Positions 1-14,912 of a stretch of DNA of 64,000 nt are shown piece after piece (positions within the stretch are counted from its first letter, which is position 1; each line of letters starts with the position of its first letter). Position numbers and translations under genes: made by a program. The stretch lies in the NCBI GenBank assembly GCA_028534125.1, contig CM052850.1, forward strand, positions 9,052,001 to 9,116,000, in the 5' to 3' direction. The stretch is from Lama glama. Lineage: Eukaryota. Under the pieces are notes generated by a model that was not told where the DNA came from, did not search any database, and was given only the letters and a program-made list of their open reading frames with translations.

Positions 1-361
1 GCCCAGTAAAGAAGCCGCCCCCAGATGTACACATGGGGAAATGTTTAGGCCTCATTTCCCTGTCTTCATTTTCTGTTTTTCTTCCCTGTTAGCACTGCCT
101 CTCCTCTTCTGTTTCCTTTTTTTTTTTTTTTTTTTTTGTCCCCTAACCTCTCTGTGTCTCTCTGGCTTCTGGTCTCTTGCTGTGTGTCTCCCTCTCCCTG
201 TCTTTCCGTCTCTGAGCCGCACCCCCAACCTGCCCCCCACCCCACCCTATCTCCCCGCTGTCTCTGTGTATTCATTAAGGTATGCTGCTCCAGACACACA
301 AGACACCCACCCGCCCCTGCCATGAGTCTGCCCCTAGGCAGGACAGAGAAGCCACTTGGAA

Positions 362-861
362 NNNNNNNNNNNNNNNNNNNNNNNNNNNNNNNNNNNNNNN
401 NNNNNNNNNNNNNNNNNNNNNNNNNNNNNNNNNNNNNNNNNNNNNNNNNNNNNNNNNNNNNNNNNNNNNNNNNNNNNNNNNNNNNNNNNNNNNNNNNNNN
501 NNNNNNNNNNNNNNNNNNNNNNNNNNNNNNNNNNNNNNNNNNNNNNNNNNNNNNNNNNNNNNNNNNNNNNNNNNNNNNNNNNNNNNNNNNNNNNNNNNNN
601 NNNNNNNNNNNNNNNNNNNNNNNNNNNNNNNNNNNNNNNNNNNNNNNNNNNNNNNNNNNNNNNNNNNNNNNNNNNNNNNNNNNNNNNNNNNNNNNNNNNN
701 NNNNNNNNNNNNNNNNNNNNNNNNNNNNNNNNNNNNNNNNNNNNNNNNNNNNNNNNNNNNNNNNNNNNNNNNNNNNNNNNNNNNNNNNNNNNNNNNNNNN
801 NNNNNNNNNNNNNNNNNNNNNNNNNNNNNNNNNNNNNNNNNNNNNNNNNNNNNNNNNNNNN
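362..861. other. Assembly gap (other gaps: 28475-28606, 45221-45358, 54064-54250, 56233-56421, 58648-58832)
   Basis: Runs of N. Confidence 0.99.
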
Positions 862-2942
862 GTCTGCACAGGCAGTGACTTTCAGAACTGGGGCTCCCCT
901 TCTCCAGGCCCCCAGACCTCACAATTAGGGGGGCTTTGAGCACAACTTCTTTTTTTCAGACCGTTCCTTTCTCTTTTTTCAGCCTGTTCTGTGTTAGAAC
1001 TGCTGGTCCAAAGCGAGCTAATACTTAAAGCACATTCAGAACTTCCTAACCAAGGTCTCAGAAAAGCGTTTTGCCAAAAGTAAACAGTTTGGAATGTAGA
1101 CCTTTGACCAGATGAGGAGTTTCTAATCCGGAAGAATTGTTGATACTTCAACAAACCATCCTTTCAAAAGACTGGGCACCTCCCAGGTGCTGCCCAGACA
1201 CCTTAGAATTCTTCTGGGCGGGTCAGCGCCACTTCTAATAAGGGTTGAGACTGGGCCTGAATCTTCCGAGGGTAGATGTGAGCAGAGCGTCCCTGCAGGT
1301 AGCTCCAGCTTGCCTGGCTGGAGGAAGAACCACCCCTTCCCTTCCCGGCTGGCCGTCCCCCTTGACACTCCAGGACCTGGCTGAGAAAGGGAAAGGTTCT
1401 GAGGGTGCCCGGTGTGTCCTGGGCCTGCCTCTGTCAAGCCCCACCGCCCTGCGCCCCCTCCTCACAGGGAACGAGGGAGGGAGCCGTGCACAGGGAGCTT
1501 TGCTCCTGGCTGCGGGAGCAGGTCTAAGGGGTGTGGGGTGGGATGGGATAGTGGAATGTTACACTATTTTGATGTCAAACACTAGCCATTTCACATAAAA
1601 ATCCAGATTTCTGCTTTTGTTGGAAAAACCAGCAGATCTGGACACCGGGGTCACATACCTGCAGGTGGCGCTGACGCTGTGAGAGGCCGACAGTCCCTCC
1701 CCTGAAGGGAGGAGATCGCATTCCCTTTTGGTCGGCTCCACTCACTCATGCTGTCCCTCTGACGGTCAGTGTCATGTGAGTTTGTACTCTGCCCCCAGTT
1801 TAAAGGTGCTAAACTGTCATTACACACCTGATCCTTGAAGTGCTAACAACTCTTAAAAAGAACTACGTCACCTGTGTTTTTATTTAGTAAACAAACCTTT
1901 GGGTTTGGTCAATCTCTGATTGCCTGCTTTAAACTAAGACATTAGCTAGAGTTTAGATATATTCAGAGTTATGGGGAAAAAACCAGGACTGAGCAACACA
2001 CACTTCATAGGTGCTCTGAAAATATGCAGAACTGTCTAGCTGCTCACTGGGAATCTTATTTTTAAAAAGTGCGGCAGACAAAGCAAAGGTACCTGTTATT
2101 GAAGTGGGGGTGTGGAGGGACTATCCCTCACGGTGAGTCATTTATCCAAGGGCAGGAGGGTCCATGACAGTCACCACCAAGAGCAAAGACTCTTCTCAGG
2201 GAACATAATTTTCCTAGCAAATGACCTTCCATGCCAGGGAGCCAACTTTTCATCCACGCTGTGCCTGCAAACTTGCCCCCCTGGCCTGCCCTCTCCCTAG
2301 TCTTCCCTGATGTCTCCCCTTCACCCCCTACATCAACCTCCCACTCACCCTTCCTTTCATCTCCCCTCTAAGAACAAGGTCTGTCTCCACGCCCGCAGAT
2401 CAAAAATGGGGGAGGAACGAGGACACCTGGTTCTTTCAAGTGGCAGCTCCCTACACATGAATTCCCCCAATTGTGAGAAATGGAAATGTGTTCCAGAAGG
2501 GTCTGTTTGAGAGGGCAGGACCGGTGAGATTGGAGGAGACTGACCCAAAGTTTAAAGACAGGAAGTTGCTACTCTCTAAAGGCAGGAATTTATGGTTCTA
2601 GACTTTTGATGGTTAAAATTTGACAAATTCAAACTAACACAATGAGAAAAGGTCAGATGACAAAGAGGAAAGAAGTGTTTTGAAAGGCAGTGTCCATGGG
2701 CAAATTCTCATGTACTGTTTAGTGGTGGTGGAGAGGGAGGTTCACTGAGGTCTCATTGCCTCCAGCCAGGCCTGCTCTCAGGGCTCATTTTTGTCTTAGA
2801 AACCATTTCTGGTTTTTGAGCGCTTGACTTATGTCTGTCAGCCGATCAGCCGTACCCCTCAGATAACTGCCCCTAACCCTTCAGAAGTCATCTTCCATGA
2901 CACCTTGCTTGAAATCTTTGCCCCCCATGGCTGAGCTGTTAC

Positions 2943-3028
2943 CTTCTGGGGAGGCTGAACACTAATGGCTTGTTGATGAGGCTGGCCTCACTAAACCAGG
3001 GAATCTTGCCAAATCTTGGAACAGAAAC
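2943..3028 (-). CDS. C1orf105: C1orf105 ortholog, exon 2 (86 nt; [28 protein letters not shown])
   Basis: tttctctccag|GTTTCTGTT...CCCAGAAG|gtaaca, in frame with exon 1. Close to recalled human [28 protein letters not shown]. Later exons were not seen in the window. Confidence 0.88.
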
Positions 3029-3829
3029 CTGGAGAGAAATGGAAAGAGATCATTTGGCCAAAGTGATTCACGTGACCATTGCCATCCCTAGGAGACCAAA
3101 GTAAGCTCACAGCAGCTCTAGGGCAGTCAGCATTTTACACAGCATGTTTATGTTTCGTATTTGACCCTGTTGACTCTCTCATTAAGTAGCCAAGAGGAAA
3201 CAGTGTCCTCTCCATTTTACAGCTGAAGAAATCAAAGCTTAGACAGTGAGATTTGCTGAGTCACACAGCTGGTGAGCTGACTTAGGTTTTCTGACTTTTG
3301 TGTCCACTGTATCTTGTGTTCTACTATATCCCTTTGCTTCTTCATTACTCTCATCTGTTTATGCATCCTCTAATACTTCCATGACCTCAGCTGAAAATTA
3401 GCAGCCTCCTGTTCAAAGCGTCTGGCTGTTTGCAGCTACAAGGCCCTCCTCTCTCCTCCCTTCTGGGAGGCAAAGAGGAATGAACTGCCTTTTGAAGCTA
3501 CAGACAACTGGTTGTTCATCTTGGCTAATCTACTTCCCAGCTGTGTGGCCTTGGACAAATCACAACCTCTGAGCCTGAGTTTTGTCTTCTAGGAAAGGAG
3601 AACGGTATCATCACTTTACAGGATATGCACAAGACAGAAAGTTCCTCGAGGGCAAGGATTTTTGTCTGTTCCCTTCACGGCTATAACACAAGCACCTAAG
3701 ACAGTGCTTGATACTGGTAGATATTTAGTATGTGTCCAGCGGACGCACGGGTGCATGGGAAGTCCCTAGCTGAGGGCCTGCCTTCATAATAGGAGCTCAA
3801 TAAATCTCTTTCCCAGCCCAGCCTCTCTC

Positions 3830-4340
3830 CTTTGCCCTTCGGATGCCGAATCCCGGGTCTACCCGCTGCGGATTTGCTTTGCTGGCTCCCAGCGTTCCTC
3901 CCGGGGGAGGAGCCGGGAGCTCCTCCAAGCGGCCAGGAGGGGGCAGCAGCGACCCCGCGGCCGCGTCGACCGAGACGGGGCGCTCTGGCCGCGGAGGTCG
4001 GGGCGGCCCCGGAAGTGTTTGGCCGCCAGCGCGACCCCGGCGCCCCGGATGGGGAAGGAGGCGGGCGGCCGCCCTTCCCCGGCCGCGCACCCCTAGGAAC
4101 TCGCGGGCAGGTGGGTTCCGAGTGGGAGTCAGTGTTTCCGGGCCTCCTCCGCCATCCCCCGCAGGCCCGAGGCTGGGTGAGGGGCGGCGGCGGGCGGGGG
4201 AGCAGGGCGCCCCCGGGGACACCCTACCCTACCCAGCCCGACCCTACCGCCGCCCCTGCCCTGTCCCCGACCCTGCGGGCGGGCGTTGCCCTTTTCGGCA
4301 CCTCAGACCCTCCAGCCCCCGGGCGGCCGTGAGATGCCCG
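3830..4340 (+). promoter_or_regulatory. PIGC: PIGC CpG-island promoter and non-coding exon 1
   Basis: Very GC- and CpG-rich. GC box GGGGCGG (4000-4006) is next to ETS/GABPA motif CCGGAAGTG (4009-4017). Candidate donors CAG|GTGGGT (4110/4111) and TGG|GTGAGG (4176/4177). Confidence 0.85.
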
Positions 4341-4879
4341 GGCTGGGGTCCCTTCTGCATCAGGGAGGCTCCCAGGGTGTCTGGCTTGTGAAGCAAAACC
4401 TGTCGGTGGTCTCCATGGAAGAAATAAGGTTGGGACGTAAGAATTGTCTTCGCAGACTTGCTGGATGACCTTGGTACTTCTTTTAGTTTTCCCATTGTGT
4501 GGAGGGGTTCATTATCTTCCATCCTCCTAAGAATTTTGCCGTTATTAAGTAGGACGATAGCTCTTTGAAGGATAGCTGTTAATGGATTAAGAATCTTGAG
4601 TCCTTGGTTTTGGTTTCGTAAAGCATAGAGCTCATACGTTTCTGTATTGTGAGGTTTACTTTTGTCTGTAGACTGGTGACTTCTTTTTTTTTTTCAAGTA
4701 CTAGCCTTTGAGAACCCAGTAAAAGCTTGGGTTCCTAGCCCTAGAAATTTGTATGCATTGCAGCTACAAGTATGCATTGACAAGGAGGGTTTTTGAACGG
4801 TCTGAAGCCATCCATAGACCTCAGGGATATGTGAACGCCTGAGTTAAGAACTGGTTTAGAGGGAGACATGTGAGGAACA

Positions 4880-5075
4880 GGCTTTGGGGCAAAACGTTGA
4901 TTTGAACCTGGCTCCACTGTTCACTACTGTTAACTTGGGCTAAAATTACATAAGCACTTTGAATCCCAGCTTTTCTATTTGTTAAAGTGGGGCTGGTATT
5001 AACTTGCAACGTTGTGGAGATTAAATGAAAAGCTCTGTAAGCTCTTAGCACATAGTAGGCACTCGGTAAGTGATA
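4880..5075 (+). mobile_element. MIR SINE in PIGC intron 1
   Basis: tttgaacctggctccact...acttgggc...gttgtggagattaaatga...gcacatagtaggcactc MIR core. Confidence 0.7.
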
Positions 5076-5265
5076 GCTGACAAAGGACTATAATGTGAAA
5101 TCTGAAGTGAAATTTTAATGTCTGTAATTATAAGATGGCCACCACATATATTTTACTCAGACTTCTAATAAACTTCTAACAAACTAATAAGTTGGTTTGA
5201 TTTTAACTTAGTCCTACCTTGGACCTTTCACCACTTTCATAGATACATCGTCCCTCTTTTTCTAG

Positions 5266-6377
<1,112 letters not shown>

Positions 6378-8837
6378 GTTAGGGACCTCCCTTCCGTTAA
6401 GGCCAGCTGATAGACTCGGCTTCCAGCTAGCAGAGTTCCATTCTGGAAGCAGCGTGCTTATGTGGGTGGGAGATCAGAGGTCGAAAGAAAACGTTAACCA
6501 AAGGCTTGGGTGGTGAAGGTGCTTATCCTTTCTATTATTCTGTGGATGAAAAAGCTGCTTGGGGCCCTCCTGAATTACTGCCTCTCATTATTCACTGTAA
6601 CAAATGAAGTGATGTGGTTTCTATTTACTAAAAAAAAAATTAACAACACATCCACACATCCATCAAGTTGTTGCATGGTTTTTCTGTAAGCAGAAGGCAG
6701 ACAGAGGGACGTGAAGAGAACGAGCGTGTGTGTGGATGTGGATGTGCATGTCACTTCACTTGCACACCCACTAAATGCAGTGTACTAAGTGCAGGCTCTG
6801 TTACTTCTCTGGAGCTCAAATCCTAGAACCCTGGGTGCCACGTCCAGTTTTGTTGCGTAAGATCACAGAATTGGTCACTTAACCTTGATTCAGAGTTTCT
6901 GCTTAGTTCTTGGTGAAGCATGTGTGCAACAAACTATAAGCAGAGTATGATGTGTCATAAGACACAAGCAGAATGCTAGGGGAATGTGAGGAGGCTGGAG
7001 GTCAAAGTGAGCTGGAGACATGGGGAAATATTAGAAGAGATGGCCTTTGAGCTTCGCCTTGAAGATTAGGTGAGATTCGGGTAAGCTAAAGATGGTGTAG
7101 GGCAGGGTGGCAAAGGCTTTAGTAAGGAGCCAGGGGAGCTAGCATGCTTTGTGTGGCCAGTGGCAACTGGAAGACTGTGGAGAGGGCATGCCCATCCAAA
7201 GAGGGTACCCACTATCCTCCCGCTCAGTGTCTAGTCAGAATTTGGGCCTGGCTTCAGATCTTTAGAAGTCCAGATAAAATTCTAAATGAAATTCCCATTG
7301 CTGTAAATGTGATTTTTTTAATACGAAATCTGACTGGTAAACTCTGTCCAATTTAAATCAGGCCAGAAAACCCTTGTACGCAAGATGAGACTATCTGTGC
7401 CCCATCTGGTCTCTGCAGGAGCACGAAGTGCAGGGCGGGGAGCGTTACGGGGACTTGAGGGAAAGTTGGAATGGGAGGTCTGAGTAACAGAGGGCTCTGA
7501 GTATTCAGGGATTTGGGCTTTATATTGCAGGTAATAAGCAATCCAGCTTTCTAAGGAAGGAGTAAAGTCATCTCGAGCTAGTTACTTAACTTCTGTTTCT
7601 CAGTTTTTTCATCTGTAAAGTGGGAATGAAAGTATCTACCTCTAGAACTGTGATAAATGAGGTATATTTATGCAAAGTGCTTTGAAGGACGTCAGACACA
7701 TAGCATTAATGTGTTAGGTGTTATTAAGTTGACCTGGAGGGAGACTTGAGGGCAGACAGTGCAAGATGCATCAGATGCCTCTTGGAATAGCTTGTCCTCA
7801 TGAAATAATTCATTTGGGGCAAGTTCCTGTACTTCTGCTTCTCACTAGAAATCAGTCTCAAATCAGAAATTTCATCAGGGCTGTAGTATTCCTAAGGAGA
7901 AATTTTTTTTCCCCTCTGAACATAATTTCTCAAAATTGTCTTGAATAGGACTGGGAACTAGTGTCTTCAGCTCTTTCATCTCTCATTCTTTGTCTGCTTT
8001 AATTTAGATGGATGAGCGCAGTGTTTCGGGGTTAGGATGCCAGTTTTCCCTGAAGCCAATTAGATCGCTTTCACAGTCCAAGGACACTGGCTGACGTGGA
8101 GAGAAGGATTTTGGAGACTGACCTGTGGAACGCAAAGCATCTGTCTACTGCCTGTGTTGGGTCTGGCCCTCACGTGCCTAGATGGGCCAGAATTGGCTCC
8201 TCATTACTATTCAGTCTATGTGAGGAACCAGGCCAGGGGTTAGTGGTTGAATGTAGTAATGAGTTGTATAAAAATGGTCTTTGTGTGTGTGTGTGTGTTT
8301 TAATCCATTTGCCTTATTTGAATGGATTTCCAGTGATTAACTTTAGGGCACTCACATAGTGACTGCATCCGTGGTGATGAGCAGAAAGTTCCCCAAATTT
8401 GAATCGCTTTCAAGACTAGTTCCTTTGTTGGATGAACTACTGTGTCTGTGCTGTCATTTTCAGCTCTGTCATCCTGTATGGTGTTGAGTTACCCAATCCT
8501 GTTCTGCCTGCTGGTTATAGAAGTTCAGTGTGGAGGCGGCAGGGCGTGGGGTGTGGGGGGTTGGATGTGAGGGTGCAGGGTGGGGCAGCAGATTTAATTC
8601 AGGTAGAAAGGAGGTGGCTGTGGGGAGAAGGATGCTCTAATCAGGGTGAGCAGTAGGCCCGAGTGCACAGGGCCTGAGGCATCCTGGCCCTGGAGAGCAG
8701 CCCAAATGGACGGGCGGTCGTGACGGGCTGAGGTCTGAGAGTGGTGAATACCTTGAATTATTGGATCCTGTAATCAGTGGCAAATTAAGAAGATTTTGAA
8801 AAGAGATACAGGATTCCCACCAAATGCACTATGTATT

Positions 8838-8874
8838 TGTGTGTGTGTGTGTGTATTTGTGTGTGTGTGTGTGT
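8838..8874. repeat. Compound (TG)n microsatellite
   Basis: Two TG runs separated by tatt. Confidence 0.85.
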
Positions 8875-11054
8875 TTGTATAAAATTCTGGCAGCGGTGTT
8901 CTAGTTGAACTACAGAGGCCGAGCATGGGGACAGTAGAAATGAGGGTCTGGATGAAGGGTGGTGACAGTGGGCAAAGGAGGTGAGGGGTCTGATGAGAGA
9001 GACTTTCAGAACTAGTAAATTCATATTGGAAGGGAGAAGGGGAAGAGGATGACTGGAGAACTTCTACCTTGAGTGGATTTGTGTATCCAACAACTATTCC
9101 ATGAGAAAACAGGAGTGAGAGCAGGCTTGGAGGTGAAGTAGATAAGAAATAAAGAATGGGTCATGTTAAGTTCAAGATGCCTGAGATGGCACAGCCAGCT
9201 AAGGTCTTCCATATGGAGTGTCTGGATGACGTTGGCTCAAAAATCTGGCCATTATCTTTAATCCAGTGCTTTTGTGCTTGGAATTCTTAGTACGGAATTG
9301 GTTGCTTCACAACCAGGCTGTAGTGGAATTAGAGTAACCAAAATGGTAGGAATCAAAGGGAAAGGAGGTTGGCCTGGGAAAACGGATTAGAGACTAGAAC
9401 ACAGCCTGGAAGGAAGGCTCAAAAGAGATAGTTATTGCCTATAAAACTGGTAAGGGTGAAAGCGAATGGTATTCACCAAATCATGACTTACAGGAGAAGA
9501 CACCCTTTGAAATTTGAGCAGGGTAAGTTGAAGACAAATGAAAAAACCATTTTATATACCTTCTACATGTAACTCTTAAGTCTCACAGGCCAGGGATATA
9601 AATGGGTTACAGAAAAGTCTGGGAAACAATGCAAATACAAATTATTGTGTTTCGTGAGAAAGTGTTAAATCCCAAGCCCTTGGCTGCTGCCCCCTGAGGG
9701 ACGGCGAGCCTCACCGGTGGTACCCCTCGTGGGGTTGCTGCTGGCAGAGAGGTGCGAGCCCCGGTGACGGGAATGACCCAGTGCGACACTTGTGGGGAAA
9801 GTTACTCATCACTTAGGTACAGTAATCCACTCAGCCTTTAAATTTAAACCACACTGAAAGGGTGCAAGTAGGATATTAATGACTCAAGTGTTTAGAGAAT
9901 ATTATGGTGTGGTGTATGTGGGCGGGGGAGGCGGAAGGGGCAACAAGGTTAAAGTAGCATCGGAATTAAAACCCCGACCTGTCAAATACATGTTTGCATA
10001 AGAAGCTTTACCCGTTCCTCCCAGCTCTGTTTCTTGTCACCCTCAGTTATAAGTAAGGCTGGAGGGTGAGGGGTGGCAAATGAGAGCAAGGAAGGAGGAA
10101 CGGGAAGGCAGTGTTGCCCATCCTTCCAAAATGGTACCGGGGATTGTAGTGTTGAGGGACCGAGGAGAGGCAGAGCCCCAGGGCAGCAGGTGTGTTTTAT
10201 TTTGTGGCCTGATGCATGATCGCCATGTCACTGGAATGCTGTGCAGGGATGAGAGTAGCCACAGCACAGTGGTTCTGTGTGGCATCACCTTGGTGTCAGT
10301 GTTATTATGCCTGTATGCTGTGTCCATGCTGTAAACTTTTGAGCATGCATTTGGGCAGCTGGCTTAAATTATGGATTTAAGAATTCACACTGAGCATGCT
10401 CGAGGAAGCATATGGCGTCATCATTTACACCTTCTAAGCCAAAGGCTCAAGGTCAAGAAAAGCAAAAGCAAGCCAGCAGAGGGCATCAGTCACACAATTT
10501 GACAATGTTTCAGACCCTTTGCATGCAGGGAAGCAGGGCTGGGACACAGTGCCATCTTGTGGAAGTTATCGATACTCCTTTTTATAATGAAATTCAATAT
10601 GAGTCTTGGAATTCTTGCTGAACTGTGGTTTGGGAAATAACTGTATGGTCTGAGGTCCCTCCTCATAAATTCGGGAAGTAAATTGCACGCTGGGATTTTA
10701 TAAATTATAATAGCTACATTTTGGGGCACCCAATGTATGTCAGGCACTGTGCTCAGCACTTTATATACGTAATTACCTTATTTACTTCTGATAACAATCC
10801 TGAAATTATTTTCATCTTTGAGTCAAGACCTTACCTAAGGTTACAGGGCCAACTTGGGCCAGAACGTTGCTTTGCTGATAGCTGAATTGCATCCAGGGCT
10901 AAAGGCTAACAGGTCGGCAGCTGAGTCAAGTCCCTCATCCTCCCCTGTAACCCTTATTCTCTTCCCCCAACATCTCACAAAACATTTGTTATCCACTTAG
11001 GCACACCTCTGCTCACTCTCTACCATTCACATTTTTATGATGGTTGGCCTCAGG

Positions 11055-13620
11055 AATTCATTTCTTCAACAGATATTTACTGGACACTAACTATATGACA
11101 GATACTGTTCTGTGTGCTTGAGATGTATCTGTGATCTATGTGCTATAAAACGGACAAAGTTCCTTGACCTAGTGGAGCTTATGTCCTAGCAGGAGGAGAC
11201 AGGCAGTAAACATAAGTAGAAGGTAATGTATGCTATTGGAAACAGAAGTTGCAATGGTATTAAGGGAGAGAGTGTAGGTCTCACGGAGGACGTAACGTTT
11301 AACCAAAGACTTAAAGGAGGTGAGGGGATTAGCCAGAGTCTCAGGGGAAGAGCATTCCAGGCGGAGGGAGGAGTGGCTGCAGAGGCCCCGAGGGAAGACC
11401 CCCAGTGTGTCCGGGGAGTGGAGTGAGCACGCAGGGCAGGAGGTGAGGCCAGAGGGCGGATGAGGGAGGTGAGGTCAGGCAGGACATTGTAGGCCATTTA
11501 AAGGACTCTGGTTTTACCCTGAGTTGGGAACCACTGGAGGGTCTTGGAGAAAAAGAGGGGTGTGATCTGACACAAATTCCGACACGTTCATTCTGGTTGC
11601 TGTGGGGCAAGAGCAGGAGCAGGAAGAAGCATTTGGAGGCTCTGATGTTCATCCAAGCAGGGGATGACAGTAGCTCAGAGCAGGGTGACAGCGGAGGAAG
11701 TGGTGCAAAACCGTCACATTCTGGACATAATTTGAAAGTAGAGTCAAGGGGACAAGTAGGGTATGAACACAAGAGAAGAATCATAAAGGACACCTAAGCT
11801 TTCTGGCTTGAGCAAACTGAAAGATGGAGATGCCAGCCATTGAGATGGCGTCCGAGGGGATGTGGATGGAGATTTCTGGGAGGAGGACTGGGCGCTCAGT
11901 TTGGGGCATATAGGATGTGAAATGTATCATAGACATCAAAGCTGAAATGCTGAGCGGGGAGTTGGAGATACGAGTTTGGATTTTAGAAGCAATGTATGTG
12001 ATGGAGATATTAATTTGGGACTTGTTGTTAAATGGCATTTAATGCTATGAAACTGAATGAGATCACCAAGGAAGTCTATACAGACAGAGAAGAGGACCAC
12101 ATACTCCAAATTAAAAGGTTGGAGAGAAGAACAAGCAAAAAGAATTGGAAAGCACAACTGCTGAGGCAGGAGGAAAATCAAGAGCTTAGAGTCCTGGAAG
12201 CCAAGCTCAGATGACTCAACGAGGGGGTGGTGATCATCTGTGATCAGATCAAAATCTCACAGAGCAAGAGAGCAAGGACTGAGAAATGACCATTGGATTT
12301 ACCAAGGAGGAGGTAATTGGGATCCCTTAAAAGAACAATGTGTGTTTGTGTGTGTGGAGTGGTGGGAATAAAAACCTATTGGAAATGGGTTTAAGAGAGA
12401 ATCCGAGAAGAGGAAATGGAGCAGCAGGTACAGGCAACTTTCTGGAAGCTTTGCCTCAAAGGAGAGCCCGGAAATAGGACAGAAACTGAAAGGGGACGTG
12501 AGGACAAGAAAGTTTTTTCTTTTTCTTTTTTTTTCTAAGAAGGGAGAAATGACAGCATGTTTTTATACTGATGGAAATGAAACAGTAGAAAGTCATAGTT
12601 GATGTGAGAAAGGGAAGAAGTAATTGCTCGGGTAATATTCTTGAGTGGGTGAGAGCGATGGGGTCCAGTGCACACGTGGAGAGACCGGCTTTAGGAGGGG
12701 AAGGCATAGTTGATCTACGGTTACAAGGGGAAGGCAGAGTATATACATACAGGTGCTGAGAAGTGGGTAGATGGTAAGTGGATAGAGGACAGGATGGGAA
12801 TCTTGGGAAATTCTTTTCCAACTGCTTCAATTTTCTCAGGAAGTAAGAGGTAAAGAATCAGCTGAGACGTGAGGTTAAGGGAGGAAGTGATGGGGTGAGG
12901 ACATATGACATAGTTTAGGGCATCGGGACAGTGAGTGAACTGGGGAGGCTTTGTCTCATTGCCCGGCAGTGAGAATGGTAGTTGTGATTTTAAAGTGAAA
13001 CCAATTAGATTGCATCTGTGTGTTTTCCTGACCACGTACAGCTACGTGGTGCAAACCAGAGTAGACGGTGTTGAATTTACCCAGGGTGGTGATTTTATCA
13101 GATTGAGAGAAGGGCAAGGGAGACAGGCTGATACGCATGGGCATGATTATAATGACTGACCACGGAATACGAATGAGAAGGAGAATGAACCTCAAGAAGG
13201 GTAAAGGGCGGGGGGTGAGGGGCAGGGCAAAGGTCAAGGGACTGGAGGGTCAAGGGGTTTCAAAGACAGGAAGGCCAGAGATTAAAGACAAGGTTATGAC
13301 TTTGGGAGTGAGCCGCTGAGGTCAGAAGGAGGGCAACGTCAATGGAGGAGTGAAGTCCAAGGGCATGAGAAGCGGGTGGGGATGGGGGTGTTGGGAGGAG
13401 CACCCACGCGTATGTGGAAATCCCCAAGAATTCAGACCGGGTGGTACTGGAGAGAGAGAGAGCGACAGTGACACAGGAGCCAAAGTCACCAAGAAATAAG
13501 GGAGACTGAACTGGAGGTTGGTAGTAAATGCAACAAGAGGGGAACGTGCTATAATCTGCTAGGTGAGGTTCAGAGCTGAGGGCTTCAGGGAGGAGGGAGG
13601 AAGAATGGTCTGAAAGCAAA
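11055..13620 (-). mobile_element. Long degenerate LINE-2
   Basis: L2 3' end motif (attcatttcttcaacagatatttactggacac) and purine-rich L2 body. Minus-strand remnant CIYYQPPVQSPLFLGDF resembles the L2/CR1 endonuclease IYRPP...GDF region. Boundaries approximate. Confidence 0.75.
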
Positions 13621-14457
13621 AATGAAAACTAAGGGTACTTACCCCACTTCAGGCTCAGCAGGACGAGGGCTGTGGGAGACAAGTGCCCCCTTTCAAGAAG
13701 GCTCAGGAAAGCCATGCCCTGGAAGCCCTTGTGTTAGAGCAAGAAGGTGACAGACACACCCAGAGAACAGGCGAAGACGCAGGGAAGTTTGCTGGCAGTG
13801 GGACGCAAGTGACAGAGGGCACCGGGAAGGTTCCAGCAGGTGGGCGGGGCGGGGGAGCGCGCAGAGTGGACTTGCACTCTCATCTCCACACAGCACGGCG
13901 AGCAGAGTCCTGGAGAGGAGGGTGCCCCGCAGCCTAGGGTTCCTGGCTGACCGACCCAGGCTGGGGTCAAGGGCCGCACGAGTCCCGGGGCTCAAGGCAG
14001 GCGATGAGGATGGGAGTGCTGGTGGGAGGTGGGGAGGGTGGGGAGGGTGGAGAGTCTCTAAGGCTTCCTTTCCACCCTGAAGGAGGCGTGGTCGTAGTGC
14101 GTGGGCTTCCTCAGGTCACCACGAACATGCTTTTTGTCATTCCCTGATAGAGTTGACGTGCTCAACCCCTGGGTCATGCACGTTTGACAAGAGCCCTTGG
14201 GGGCTAATGACAAATCTGAGAACTGTGAAAATGTCTGACAGTGGCGCAGTGCCACCTGTAGTGTTCTAGAAAGTTCGATTTTGGGGAAAGTGCTCAGAGC
14301 TGAAGTGAGAGCCAGGGTTTGACCGGGCTCCTGGAAGGGCCGGGCCCCAGGAGGCACGCTCCTCCGACCACTGAGAGCGCTCTGGCGAGCTGAGCTGCAG
14401 GCAGGACGCAGAGGAGAAACTGCTGAAGACTGGTTGAAGCAAGCTAACTTAGACCAC

Positions 14458-14912
14458 TGTGAAATAAAATTCCTGTTTTATGCCAAGCCAAGAAAAATCC
14501 AAACACAAAAAATTGTTTCCTGCCCTTTGGCCTCCTCTCTGCCCACGCTGTGCCTTGTGTATCTGCACTAGGCATCGACCAAACCCCGTTTCCATCAGCA
14601 GAAATACCTGCTCAGCCATGAAGAGCAGCGTTCTCCCAGCATTGAGACAACTCCTGAACTGACAACATTCCTTCGTGAGCTCGTGCAGGGTCACGTGACC
14701 CACCAGAACGATGGTTAAATCTTGATTAGGTAAACTGTCAATAATACGTCATTTGCTGCACAGATCTCTGCCTCAAAAAAACTGTAAAACTGATTGGCGG
14801 AACAGTTCTCAGAGTCTTCTGAGATGCTCTTCCCGGATTATAATCCTCAAATTTGGCTCGAACAAAGTTTTCCATTTCTTTCTTAGATTGATGGATTAAT
14901 TTCTCCTTAACA
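14458..14912 (+). mobile_element. Solo LTR (ERV1-like), 455 bp
   Basis: Termini TGTGAA...TTAACA with an exact 4-bp TSD, CCAC (14454-14457 and 14913-14916). Strand inferred from U5-like 3' sequence. Confidence 0.8.

Noticed and set aside
66-943. Long ORFs spanning N-runs (also at 28373-28808, 45123-45554, 53676-54365, 56142-56517, 58530-58945)
   Set aside because: Artefacts of translating assembly gaps as X.
3797-4391. Overlapping 141-182 aa GC-rich ORFs on both strands
   Set aside because: Low-complexity Pro/Gly/Arg ORFs expected from stop-codon scarcity in the PIGC CpG island; no recognisable domain.
6647-6740. 12-bp inverted repeat cacatccacaca / tgtgtggatgtg past the PIGC stop
   Set aside because: Low-complexity CA/TG-derived sequence; chance pairing likely.
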